DNA from: Selaginella moellendorffii
Lineage: Eukaryota > Plantae > Lycopodiophyta
Direction of reading: 5' to 3'
Length of the DNA: 64,000 nucleotides
NCBI RefSeq assembly: GCF_000143415.4
Contig: NW_003314262.1
Span: 5,349,876-5,413,875 of the forward strand
Shown here: positions 20,767 through 32,388 of the stretch, piece by piece
How positions within the stretch are numbered: the first letter of the stretch is position 1
Layout: every line of letters starts with the position of its first letter
Position numbers and translations under genes: made by a program
The notes under the pieces: generated by a model
The model's database searches: none
What the model was told of the DNA's origin: nothing
The model's input: only the letters and a program-made list of their open reading frames with translations

Positions 20767-23026
20767 ATGGAGCGCGCGCTCTACACATCGATCTCCGCGG
20801 CGCTGGAGCCGCTGGTGATGGCGCATCTCTTCTCGCGAAAATGCCGAGGTCTGGAGCATCCCACGCGATGGAAGGAGCGCCTCGGCTATCCCTCGCTTCC
20901 TCGCCCCTCTGGAACCCTCATCTGGTTCCACGCCGTGTCGCTAGGTCGGTTTCTTTCTTCCTCTGCGATCGATCGTTTTTTTCTTTGGAATTTTTCAAGG
21001 TTTTCTTCGCTCATGGATTCTTTCTTTGTTGGAATTCTAGGAGAAGGGCTGTCAGCCATACCGATCATCGATAGATGCTTGCAAATACATCCTTTCGTTA
21101 ACGTTCTTCTTACTACTGGGACTTTGACAGCATTGTGAGTAACTCCAAGTACATTTCGCGATTTATCCAATGTGTTCGTCTTCTTTTCCGTAGCAATGTC
21201 CTCCGGAGCAAACTTTCTCATGGTGTAATCTTCCAGGTACTTTTCTCTGTTAGCTGTTATATGGTTTGCGAAGTTCTAAAATACGATTGGAAAGTTTGTT
21301 CCGGTGGATACTCCAGCAGCGGTGGACAGATTTTTGAGTCACTGGAAGCCACAGGCTGGTATATTCATGGAAAGTGAGCTTTGGCCAAATCTTCTCTTGT
21401 CATCGTCCTCGAGAAAGGTGCGTGATCGTTGAAACTGTGGAATTGAAGTTTTACTTACCTTGCTTCCTGTGCAGATTCCTATGGCTCTGTTGAATGCGCG
21501 GGTATCTGAGAAATCTTTCACTCGATGGTCTTGTTTCACCTCGAAGTCGCTTGTGGGTGAAATGCTTGGAAGTTTTTCTTTGATATGCCCTCTGGTATGC
21601 TTTGGAAGTTTTTGGTCCTTTGCCTGACCAACTTTATATTCTACTTGACAAGGTAGAGCACCAATGACGCGGTACATCTGCAGCTTTTGGGTGCGTCTCC
21701 TGGCGTCATACATTTCTCTGGAAATTCGAAATACGGTGGGTAGTGGTATCACAAATTCGTTGACACCATGTATTTTTCCAGCATGGGGAGCATCTCAGGA
21801 CAAGTCGCAAATGGAAGATCTCCTGCTAATGAAACGAAAAGTCTGGCTAGCATCGTCGACACATGCTGGTGAAGAGGAAGGTACAGCTCTGTTTAGGACT
21901 TACAAAACTCCATCTCATATACCACCGGGGGCTCTAGTTATTGCAGAGGTGCACTTGACACTCAAACGAACATTTCCAGAAATTCTTACAATCCTCGCAC
22001 CACGGCAACCCAGTCGTGCAGAGTCAATCATGATGGTTAGATACAATATCACTTGTTTTTATAAGTTTTAACATTTTCTTTCAGGTGCTGCGAAGCCATG
22101 GATTGAAGGTTGCACAGAGGTCCATCAACGAGAATATTTGCCTAAATACTGACATCTATCTCGCAGATACCGTAGGTACGTGATTCTAGAGCGTTTCTCG
22201 GTTTTTCTCTTCTAAAACTCTTGTCTTCCAGGTGAATTGACAAGACTTTACAACTCTGTTCCAATAGCTGTTGTTGGTGGCTCGTTACTAAAAGGTTTAG
22301 CTGGTCACAACATGGCGGAGGCTGCAGCATGCGGTTGCGCTGTTCTTACAGGTTGAGAAGTTTCCATACTCCGATCTAAGCTAAAAGCATTTCTATCTAA
22401 GAACAGGAACACACTTGGGTCACTTCTCCAAAATGCTGAAAGAAATGCAGTCGATCTCTCCATTATCCATCTTACAAGTAAGGAGCTTTGTTTCTCCATT
22501 TACCCAATTCTCATTTTCTTTTCTCAAGGTTTCCTCCGCGGATCTAGCGTCCGCCTTGATGGAGCTTTTCTCTGACGAAGGAGTTCTACGACTTCGTAGG
22601 AAAGCCGCAAAAGCAGCTTCAACCACTGCGGCTGCTGGCATCATCGACAATATCTTCAAGCTGCTAGAGCTCACCATATTCCAAGGTGTGTATTGCGACA
22701 CTCTCATGGGTTTAGGGTTTAGTGAGAGGAAGCAGGGGTCTATGGTGAATGCAATCCACTTGGAAGAGAATGCCGGTGGTACTGAGACGCTCCTCTCTTT
22801 TTTACTTCCAGGAATCGCGATGGGAGGCGAAGTTCCAGCAGCTACGCACGATGGTGAGTGCTCCAAAGATGGGTCCTCCTCCTGCTGGAAGAAGGATGAT
22901 GATTCCCAAGGCCCAGAAGAGGATGAAGATCTACGACTTGGACGAGGCACTGATCATGTACAAGAAGTTCCGGGATATTGTCAAGCTCAGGGACTTGCTG
23001 GAGATGTCGCAGGGCCATGTCCTTAA
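20767..23026 (+). CDS. KDTA: 3-deoxy-D-manno-octulosonic acid (Kdo) transferase, GT30, multi-exon; 3' end uncertain
   Basis: IWFHAVSLGE, PVDTP, FMESELWPNL, LLNARVS, WLASSTHAGEE, GGSLLKGLAGHNMAEAAACG. Homology ends near 22690 but the frame stays open to 23026. Confidence 0.88.
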
Positions 23027-24296
23027 CCTCCATGCACTGGGAAGGCTCAAGGGAAGATTCAAACTCGACCCGGCAAGCAGGATTTCATCGTATCCAGACG
23101 CTCATCCGGGCGTGGTGAAGCTCACGACCGACGCAGACGGCTGGAAGTGGCTCGAATTTACAGACGAGGCCGAGGACTTGATAGCCGAGAAGGGGATCTA
23201 CATGAGAGAGGTTCACGAGGCACAGGTGGTCAAGTGGATCCGGAAGATGCTGATGATGTCGCAGACTCGAAGCATGCCTCTGATGCGGCTCCAGCACCTC
23301 AGGAACGTTCTCTTCCTGCCACCGGACTTCAAGTCGAGGATCATCCACGCATATCCGCAGTACTTCCGGGTGACGACCGTGAGGGGGGCTCTCACTCTCG
23401 AGCTCGTGGAGTGGGACGAGTCGCTGGCGGTGACTTACAGGGAGCAGAGGCTGAGAGACAACGCTCTGGAGCTGGACGAGCTCATGGGCGACACGAATCC
23501 TCACGCGTTTCCGATGTCGTTCCCGACCGGCTTCCACCTGAGGAAGAACGTGAGGGAGTACTACGAGACGTTTCAGAAACTCCCGTTCCAGTCGCCTTAC
23601 GAGATATGCCGGACGATCCATGGGACGATGGAGGCGGAGAAGCGGAACTTGGCCATCGTCCACGAGATACTGAGCATGTACGTGGAGAAGCGGGCACAGA
23701 TCGCGCAGATCGCGGTGTTCCGCAAGGACTTCAAGCTCATGAGCTCGCTCCGGGGGCTCATCGAGCGCCACCAGGGGATCTTCTACACGTCTTACAAGGA
23801 GGACCTCTTCACGGTCTTCCTCAAGGAGGCTTACAGCGGCATGAGACTGATCGATCGCAGTCCGCTGCTGGACTTCCGGGACAGGTTCATAAGGCTGTGC
23901 TTGATCCAGCCTCGGGAGAAGCGGCTGGATCCGCGAAGAACTTCTCCCGAGAATGTGGAGAAGCGGCTCCGGCAGATGGACACGATCAAGGAGGAGGTGG
24001 GGAGAATGGACTGCGAGGGGAAGATATCATGCAAAGGATCCAAGAGGGAGATGAGGAGGTGCCTGGCGAGTGGACACGAGGTGGAGATACTCGGGGAGGA
24101 TAGAAACGCAAGGTGGAGGAGGCCGAGGGTGCTGTTCGAGGAGATGATGGACAAGACGCCGGACTACAACATCACAGAGCTGGAGAAGGCGCTGTATAGA
24201 TTCAAAGGGAAGGCTGATAAGTGGCCAAACCGGGAAGATGGAAGCTGTGAAGGCTTGGATGACGACGACGACGGTGACTCCGACTTTGAGTGGTGA
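22749..24296 (+). CDS. PORR (plant organelle RNA recognition) domain protein, intronless
   Basis: IRKMLMMS...LFLPPDFK...YPQYFRV...LELVEWDESLAV...FQKLPFQSPY...EKRNLAIVHEILSM...TVFLKEAY; presequence-like N-terminus. Confidence 0.93.
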   Translation: MQSTWKRMPVVLRRSSLFYFQESRWEAKFQQLRTMVSAPKMGPPPAGRRMMIPKAQKRMKIYDLDEALIMYKKFRDIVKLRDLLEMSQGHVLNLHALGRLKGRFKLDPASRISSYPDAHPGVVKLTTDADGWKWLEFTDEAEDLIAEKGIYMREVHEAQVVKWIRKMLMMSQTRSMPLMRLQHLRNVLFLPPDFKSRIIHAYPQYFRVTTVRGALTLELVEWDESLAVTYREQRLRDNALELDELMGDTNPHAFPMSFPTGFHLRKNVREYYETFQKLPFQSPYEICRTIHGTMEAEKRNLAIVHEILSMYVEKRAQIAQIAVFRKDFKLMSSLRGLIERHQGIFYTSYKEDLFTVFLKEAYSGMRLIDRSPLLDFRDRFIRLCLIQPREKRLDPRRTSPENVEKRLRQMDTIKEEVGRMDCEGKISCKGSKREMRRCLASGHEVEILGEDRNARWRRPRVLFEEMMDKTPDYNITELEKALYRFKGKADKWPNREDGSCEGLDDDDDGDSDFEW

Positions 24297-24739
24297 GAAT
24301 TTTGGTGGTGGCAGGAGAGATCGATCGAGCTAGCTAAGATTCAGTGAAGAAAACTCGGAGAGATGATCATGGATATGATATACTAATATTCGTGAAAGTG
24401 GATGTTGTCTTCTATCTTAGAAAAGCCACCATGGACTGGATGATTTTGTTCTTCCTTTCTTGAGGAAGTTCATGCTGGAATCGAACCCGGCTCTGTTCCA
24501 TGGCATTTTTCAGTTAGCTAGATTAGCAAAAAAGGATAGAAAATCTTTTGTGTAGACACTATATAAAGGAGTGTTTAGGGGAAGTTTAGTTTTAACGATG
24601 AGCAAAAGGTTGAGCTAACAATCAAGAAGGCATAAAAAATTTAATCAAGAGAGTGGACAATGAATTTTAACTATATGATCATTTAGTCCGAGAAGTTGAT
24701 CTCATGCCCACGAGAACGTCATAAAAGTTCTCGAGAAGA

Positions 24740-25270
24740 ACATGCAGTTTACGTGGGGAGAGCTTGTAATACACCTTATTGAATTCCTTGATTTCCAATA
24801 AGTGCTGGATTAAAGAAACTATGCGGCAGCTCTTAGTGGGCTTGGCGAGCTTGCATGAGCGAGAGTTGTGCATAAGGACATGAGTGTCTCAAATTTGAGC
24901 TCAATGGAAACAACTTTGTGGTGAATTTGGGAGATTTTAGCTGCGCAAGGAAGCACCAACTATACATATTGGATCACTGGGATTTAAGGCTCCTGAAGTT
25001 ATCGCTAGAGAGATTGAGAAGTTTGGGACAGGTATAGACATGTGGGGTGCTGGAATGGTGTTTGCAGTGTTGCTTTTGGGAAAGAAGCCTTTTGGTGGCC
25101 ATAGAAATTATTATTTGAGCTGAGAAGAGGATGAGGCAAAGGTGATGGACAAGATTCTGAGAAGAATTTGTTTAATAAAATTGAAGACAAGGATGCTGTG
25201 AATTTGTTGCAGGGTTTGCTTGGATAATAGGCTTACAGCGGCACAAACTTTAACGTCGATGTATATTAGG
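24740..25270 (+). pseudogene. Ser/Thr protein kinase remnant
   Basis: MRQLLVGLASLH, VVHKDM, GDFSCA, GSLGFKAPEV, IDMWGAG occur in shifting frames with stops. Confidence 0.75.
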
Positions 25271-25334
25271 GAACCTCGCAATGTTCTCCTTGATCATAGG
25301 AACTTTGGAATGGATTTTTGACCATATTAAGCTC

Positions 25335-25570
25335 ACAGCACCGTCCATAAGCACATTATCATACTCTGGACACCCAACAGTGTCTCCTCACTGCCAATGA
25401 TCCGCAACTTTTGGACAAGCCGTCTGGGTTGTATGGCGTCTCGAGTTGACACAAAGATGCAAAACTCCTCGTAATTCACAAAGCCTTCGAATGGAAGCTG
25501 TATGTCATCGCTGACAATCACTGGAATGCACAGGCTTGCGATGGCATCGTAAAGCCTGCATGAAGCGCTG
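25335..25570 (-). pseudogene. Exostosin (GT47) glycosyltransferase 3' fragment
   Basis: RLYDAIASLCIPVIVSDDIQLPFEGFVNYEEFCIFV with no intact upstream exon visible. Confidence 0.75.
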
Positions 25571-25851
25571 TCCTTTTTCTCGTACAGAAGTACCTATAAA
25601 CAAAACGAGTTCCATAGGGACTATCAATCTTAAAGAAAAAGAAAAAGGCGTCACAAACCAGTATGGAATGCCTCCTAGGCAATAATAAGCAATGAGGATG
25701 AAAAATCAAGAGAAAAAAGGATTTCGAGCTTTAGCTTGAATTTACACTCACATTCTTCTTCCAATCCAAGATGGTTATAGTCAAACTGGAAGACACTTTT
25801 AAAACCATTTCAAGGAAACCATAAGAGTTACCTTATGTTGCATGGAGGATC

Positions 25852-26725
25852 NNNNNNNNNNNNNNNNNNNNNNNNNNNNNNNNNNNNNNNNNNNNNNNNN
25901 NNNNNNNNNNNNNNNNNNNNNNNNNNNNNNNNNNNNNNNNNNNNNNNNNNNNNNNNNNNNNNNNNNNNNNNNNNNNNNNNNNNNNNNNNNNNNNNNNNNN
26001 NNNNNNNNNNNNNNNNNNNNNNNNNNNNNNNNNNNNNNNNNNNNNNNNNNNNNNNNNNNNNNNNNNNNNNNNNNNNNNNNNNNNNNNNNNNNNNNNNNNN
26101 NNNNNNNNNNNNNNNNNNNNNNNNNNNNNNNNNNNNNNNNNNNNNNNNNNNNNNNNNNNNNNNNNNNNNNNNNNNNNNNNNNNNNNNNNNNNNNNNNNNN
26201 NNNNNNNNNNNNNNNNNNNNNNNNNNNNNNNNNNNNNNNNNNNNNNNNNNNNNNNNNNNNNNNNNNNNNNNNNNNNNNNNNNNNNNNNNNNNNNNNNNNN
26301 NNNNNNNNNNNNNNNNNNNNNNNNNNNNNNNNNNNNNNNNNNNNNNNNNNNNNNNNNNNNNNNNNNNNNNNNNNNNNNNNNNNNNNNNNNNNNNNNNNNN
26401 NNNNNNNNNNNNNNNNNNNNNNNNNNNNNNNNNNNNNNNNNNNNNNNNNNNNNNNNNNNNNNNNNNNNNNNNNNNNNNNNNNNNNNNNNNNNNNNNNNNN
26501 NNNNNNNNNNNNNNNNNNNNNNNNNNNNNNNNNNNNNNNNNNNNNNNNNNNNNNNNNNNNNNNNNNNNNNNNNNNNNNNNNNNNNNNNNNNNNNNNNNNN
26601 NNNNNNNNNNNNNNNNNNNNNNNNNNNNNNNNNNNNNNNNNNNNNNNNNNNNNNNNNNNNNNNNNNNNNNNNNNNNNNNNNNNNNNNNNNNNNNNNNNNN
26701 NNNNNNNNNNNNNNNNNNNNNNNNN
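25852..26725. other. Assembly gap (N run)
   Basis: Continuous N bases. Confidence 1.
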
Positions 26726-27689
26726 AGGGATGATTAGCTACTCCATTGTCTTCTTCCTCCGTTCTTGAAAAACCTCTGCAAGCGAGAACTGGATTTGAGT
26801 AGGAGCGGATAGACACACTGGCTGTGTTGTCGGTGTGATAGATCAGCCAAGAAACAGTCTTTCTCACTCTTGGAACTTGATGCTTGTGCTCTGATCTCTT
26901 GGACGCTTCCAAACTTCCAGGAGCTCGTTTTCAAAGGAGAAGGCCTGCCATCTCCATGCAGCGTAGAATTTCGCCAGCTGGGACTTGATTCTGGAAAGTG
27001 TCTGTCTGGTGTGCCATGGGGAGATGGGAAATACGCTTTCACAGAGACCTGGATAAGTTACTTGAAAGTTTCAACACTAAGAAAGTGTGTAGAGAGAAAG
27101 ATCTTAACTCATCTCCCTGTGTGTGTGAGGTGAGTACTGGATGATTGGACTAGCTCCAAGATTTGAGCATTATGGTTTAGTTGTTGGCATTAGAAAGACA
27201 AACCACGAAAATGGGAATGGGGGCCAGGAGGAAGGGTTATATTGATTAAAAATATAGTTGACCACTTGAGATATTAATTTAACTCTTGTTGAGCTATGTT
27301 GTTCCTTGTTCTTTTGTTGAATTTGGCTTGGGTCTAAACCCAAACTTTATATTGCTTTAGTTGATATGGTATTCCACTGGTATATCAAAATTATGTCAAA
27401 CATCATTTACATGTAGAAGCTGGATATAAGGAATTAATGCTTGTAAGGAATACTAAGTGTATATTGGACCTTTGTTTCATTAAGTTTAGAGTTTTGTAAA
27501 TACACTACATAACACTAAATTGGTATGCAAAATAGAGCCAATGGTGGCTTAACTCAAGAATATAGGTACTCCATTAGCTAATATATTATGAAGTTTGAGT
27601 TTAAACCCAAGTTAGATGTAAAACAAAGATAAACACACCTAATGGGGAGTTAAACAATGTCTCAAGTTAGTCAATTATACCATTCTACC

Positions 27690-28310
27690 CACTATCCTTT
27701 TTTTACATTCCTTATAAAGTACCACAATGATCCAAGCTTATTCATTTTGCCTTTATATCTTTGGAAAATATGTGATAAAATCTATGGATATGCTCAATCT
27801 ATATCCTCCAAGATAGGCAATAGCACCAAAATCCTACCAACATTTCCTTTGGCACTTTTACTTACTAATAATTCTTGTATATTTTACAATACTCAAGAAT
27901 GTCATTTTTCATTTTATTTCAAAAGAATCTACACTTGATCAACTTATAAGTCTTTCTCCCTCTAAAATGGCCAAAGTTTTAGGCAAAGAGTTAGAATAAT
28001 CTTAATAGGAATCACACAATATTTCTGACTAGTCTAGAGTTTTTGCTATCAAGGCACTTAGATCTATAAGCATTATATACTTTGCTATATAATGGTCATA
28101 GGTATCTTAAACTTTATCATCATAATGTAAGAGATTAGCATGCAAGCTCATTATACTTCATAAGACAATGCTATTATGTTCTAGTTTATTAAAAGTTTTT
28201 TTCTTATTAAGAGTGCTTTAACACCTTTTATACAAACTAACATAGTCTATACCATTAAGAATTGTAGTAGCACATGTGGTTTTCACTCTTTACCTTATGG
28301 TAAATTACCA
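27690..28310 (-). mobile_element. Highly degenerate gypsy pol (RNaseH end / integrase) remnant
   Basis: The reverse strand near 27760-27800 reads SIDFITYFPK, similar to the integrase motif SMDFITxLP. AT-rich, with many stops. Confidence 0.55.
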
Positions 28311-28316
28311 TAGTAG

Positions 28317-29430
28317 TGTAAGACACAAATCTCTAAATCCCAAAATAAAGCTAACGATTTGCCATATAATAGTGGCTAAAGTAGAAGTCCAATAAATATA
28401 ATACATTTAAACCAAAAGCTATGACTTAAAAAGTTAAGAGAGGGAGTGGAACTCTCAAAGAAGCTATTAAAGAATAAGCACAAAATGATCAATAAGTGAG
28501 TGGATAAGTGTTAAGATTAAGTTTGAGACTGAGTTAAGTCTAAGTCTGAATACTAATACAAGTCATGGGATGAAATCCCAAAGTGTTTATCTTTTAAACC
28601 CTAGAAGGTTTGGTATGAGATATATTAGGGGGAAGGACTCTTAAGAAATTAATATGACTAATAAAGGTTATATTCACTTGGTGGGTGATAATATAAACAC
28701 CAAGGAGTCCAAGGCTGAGTGAATATGGAGGTGTGAAGTGTTCAAAAGCCTCTAAGAGATAAAATGATTAATGCTCAATCCAAGTGTGGATAGCACTACC
28801 TATTTTAATACCTTATATAGCTCATTAGAACCTTGCTTTAGCTATGTAATTGGGACACTCTGATGAAAAAAGGTAGGGAAAGTAGTATGAAGTTTGTGTT
28901 GTGCTGTGGTGTTTTAAAATATCATTCTAAAATCCTAGACTATGGAAAGGAATAGTGGTCTTTTTACTTAATAACTAAAAATATAGTTATATGCTGAGGA
29001 AGTCTTATAAGTTAATGGGACTTATAAAAAAGGCTTTTAGGCCTTGACCCAATGGTGGTATTAACAAGTAAAGGGGAATTTTGTGGGGATTAAAAAAGGA
29101 ATATTAGGAGAGGATGTTCCTTTATGTTTTAGGGCATCTTAAAGATGTTCATGATGGACAATCTAGTTTTAAAGAGACTAAACTATAGTAAAGGTTTTAT
29201 ATATGGCCTTAGTATAAAAAGTTAATATATCAAAGGCATCTTTAGGTGTTTGAAGTGTATGTGAAGAATTTAAACTAAATGCAAAGTTAATATGGCTTTA
29301 AGGCTACTTTTGAGGTCTTAGTAAGTACTTCAAGTTGGGATGAGGATCATAGAGGTTATGAGTGAAATTCTTCCAAATGGTCAAAGGTATATATAAATAA
29401 CTAAAATAGAATAGAAATTTTAGTTGTTTT
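28317..29430 (+). mobile_element. Old degenerate solo-LTR-like copy of the nested element's LTR
   Basis: Starts TGTAAGACACAAAT (young LTR: TGTGAGACACAAAAT); ACCAAAAGCT..GACTT.AAAAGT.AAGAG.GGGAGTGGAACT is shared. Similarity is traceable to about 29430. Confidence 0.8.
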
Positions 29431-29681
29431 GAAGTAGATCATATAACATTTGGACATATATGCTAAGAACAATGGAGTGAGATATGAGTTTTAGGACTTT
29501 AGGCTATTGAATATAAGGACAAAGTTGAACTCTCAAGTATAAAGCTAAAGAGAGAAGAAAAAAAAAGGACCATGGAGTAATATTAAAATAGTCTTATAGA
29601 ATATAGCATTTTAACACTAAAACTACTACATAAACAAAGCTATATAATGTTTATCATTATTTCAACATACTTATAGCCTAC

Positions 29682-29812
29682 TGTAAGGATATAGGTACTC
29701 CATCGGCAAATATAGTATAGAGTTTGAGCTTAGACCTAAGCCAAATGCAAAACAAAAATAAACACATATAGTGGGGAGCTAAATAATATCTCAAATTAGT
29801 CTTCTTCTTACA
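29682..29812. repeat. About 130-bp TG...CA LTR-like repeat; related copies at about 27560-27672 (direct) and about 27260-27375 (inverted)
   Basis: Shared TATAGGTACTCCAT...AGTTTGAG...AAAACAAA.ATAAACACA...GGGGAG.TAAA...TCTCAA.TTAGTC. Confidence 0.7.
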
Positions 29813-30479
29813 TTTAGAACACCTCATAACCCCCAATATAAAAATATATTTTGGGCTTCACCTTAGCCTTAAAAGTTGGTCTTTGGGCAAACTTAAAAAA
29901 TTATTAAATATGGAATTGTGCTAAATTGTGAATGTTGATGTGAGTACAACACTATTGTGTTCAAGACAATTTCTACATTCTAACAAATATAAACACTTTC
30001 TATAAATAGCTAATGAGACCGAAATATATAAAACCTAATACCAAGAGTGTTAGCAGATATATTAAGAAATCACATAATGAGCTAAGGGTTTTCAACGCTA
30101 ATAAATGTAAGCCAACATTTAGGTCAAGAACATTTAAGAGTTTCATCTTTATGCTCTTATAATTGAGTGGATACATAATAACTAGTTTCTCAAATATGTT
30201 GTGTGGAGATTAACAAACAGAATTAGCAATACTAATCTCAAGATGTCGTGATAATAATAGAAGAATATCTGAAAGTACTTGTCAATAAGTAACTTTCGAT
30301 ACCCATAATCACATTCATGACAGCTAAGATTTTACTAAATTAATTGATTAAATATTATTTTAAATAATTATTTTAACTAATTATATTATAATATAATTCT
30401 TTAAATTGAAATTTTATCTATTTTTTTTAAATTAAAATTTTATTTTTTAAAAAAAATAAATATAATTATTAAAAATGTT

Positions 30480-30653
30480 TGTGAGGGCCAAGTGTACAGC
30501 TACGATGCCGTATACTAATATTAGCGTAGTGGATTTTGGTATCCGTCGGATTGGTTTCAATCCGGACGACTCGCTCCTGTATATAAGCTAGGGTTTTTGG
30601 GTTAATTGATATGCACATTTCTGTATTCCCTTTCCATATTCCATGCACTCACA
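30480..30653 (+). repeat. 5' LTR of the outer element
   Basis: TGTGAGGG...ACTCACA; contains TATATAA. Confidence 0.97.
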
Positions 30654-31728
30654 TTGGTGGAGGTGAGGGGCACCTTTGATTGTCCCTGGGGAGTGCTTGG
30701 ATTTGGGATTTCGGTTTAGATCTATGTAAGCGATTAAATTTTCCATTCTACTTTAGTCACTTAACCACACCTCCGACCACTTGGAGGAGTCTCATTCACA
30801 ACCTCCATCAGTCCAATTCAGGACTTGGGACTTGCTAGCCCCAAGAATGGCATCCATGCCACTCCACACTTGCACCTGGTCCAAGTGCTCCACGTGTCCA
30901 GTCCTGAGACCGACACCCAAAGGTACCACTGACATCTCGGCCCGTTACGCTAAGGCCATGCCCATTCACCTTTGCTGCACTAGTGGTTCAACACTACTTG
31001 CATCACCACCTCGTCTCTCCAAGACTGGGCCATGTGTCCACGAGTGGTCATCCTAGATCCACTCCTTAGCATCCTTAGGATGCCCACAGACCTGGGGAAT
31101 TGCCTTCCCCAAAGTCCCATTGTCAGTTCCTACCAAGTCCCTTTCTGCACCTAGCCGTGTTTGCCAACACTGCCACTGGATCGAGGCTCACAGGCCCGAC
31201 CACTAAGTCCCATGGTCCTCTGGGACTTCCTCACCACATGACTGTGTCCTTGGTCACTACCCCAGAGGGCTGCTCCTCTTCCTTTCCACAGTCTGGGCCT
31301 TTGGGACAACATTTCGGAACACCGTGGCCTTACGCGAGCCACCTGGGTACTCTCCCCACCTATCGCCTTTAGGTGCTCTAGCCATGGGCTTAGAGCGGGT
31401 TCCGTTGAGCCACACCAGGTATCCAAGTAGGTAGTGCCACCCACACTTGGACTGGGAGCATCGGCCAGTCGATCTCCCGGGGGAACTAGAGCCGGCTCTT
31501 GAACACTTCACCAAGCTACCCCGCTTGTCGGTCCGTGTTCACTCTAGTCTTGGACTTCCCAGTGGGCAGCTCATCACCCAACACTGGGTCCGGCCTTCCT
31601 GGGCCAAACTGGCCTTTCCTGGCCAAACTGGCTCCACTGCAGTCCTCCCCCTACTATACTTTTGGAGCTCACCAAACCCCCCAGGGTCTGGGAGACGAAC
31701 GCTTTGGGCTTTCACCCTCTCAGGCTCC

Positions 31729-32388
31729 GGACTCGGACTCGGACTCGGACTCGGACTCGGACTCGGACTCGGACTCGGACTCGGATTCGGACTCGGACTC
31801 GGGCTCGGGCTCGGTCTTGGCCTCGGCCTCGGTCTCGGTCTCGGTCCTGATCTCGGTCTCGGTCTCGGTCTCGGTCCCGGTCTCGGTTCCGGTCTCGGTC
31901 TCGACTTCGGACTCCATCTCGGACTCCATCTCGGACTCCATCTCGGGTCCATCTCGGGTCCATCTCGGACTCCCTCTCGGGTCCATCTCGGACTCCATTT
32001 CGGGTCTATCTCGGGTCCACCTCGGACTCCATCTCGGACTCCATCTCGGGTCCATCTCGGACTCCATCTTGGACTCCATCTCGGACTCCATCTCGGGTCC
32101 ATCTCGGACTCCATCTCGGACTCCATTTCGGGTCCATCTCGGGTCCACCTCGGACTCCATCTCGGACTCCATCTCGGACTCCATCTCGGGTCCATCTCGG
32201 ACTCCACTTCGGACTCCAACTCGGGTCCATCTCGGGTCCACCTCGGACTCCAACTTGGACTCCATCTCGGACTCCATCTCGGACTCCATCTCGGACTCCA
32301 TCTCGGACTCCACTTCGGACTCCAACTCGGGTCCATCTCGGGTCCACCTCGGACTCCACTTCGGACTCCATCTCGAGTCCATCTCGGA
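31729..32388. repeat. Tandem array inside the LTR: (GGACTC)n/(GGTCTC)n followed by the 12-mer (GGACTCCATCTC)n
   Basis: Directly visible. Confidence 0.97.

Noticed and set aside
23147-24103. 318-aa alternative-frame ORF and antisense ORFs within PORR
   Set aside because: They are expected from high GC3 codon usage.
25833-26912. ORFs of 300-359 aa
   Set aside because: They are composed of N-gap bases.
31729-32388. CRISPR-like periodicity
   Set aside because: There are no unique spacers and no cas genes, and the context is eukaryotic.
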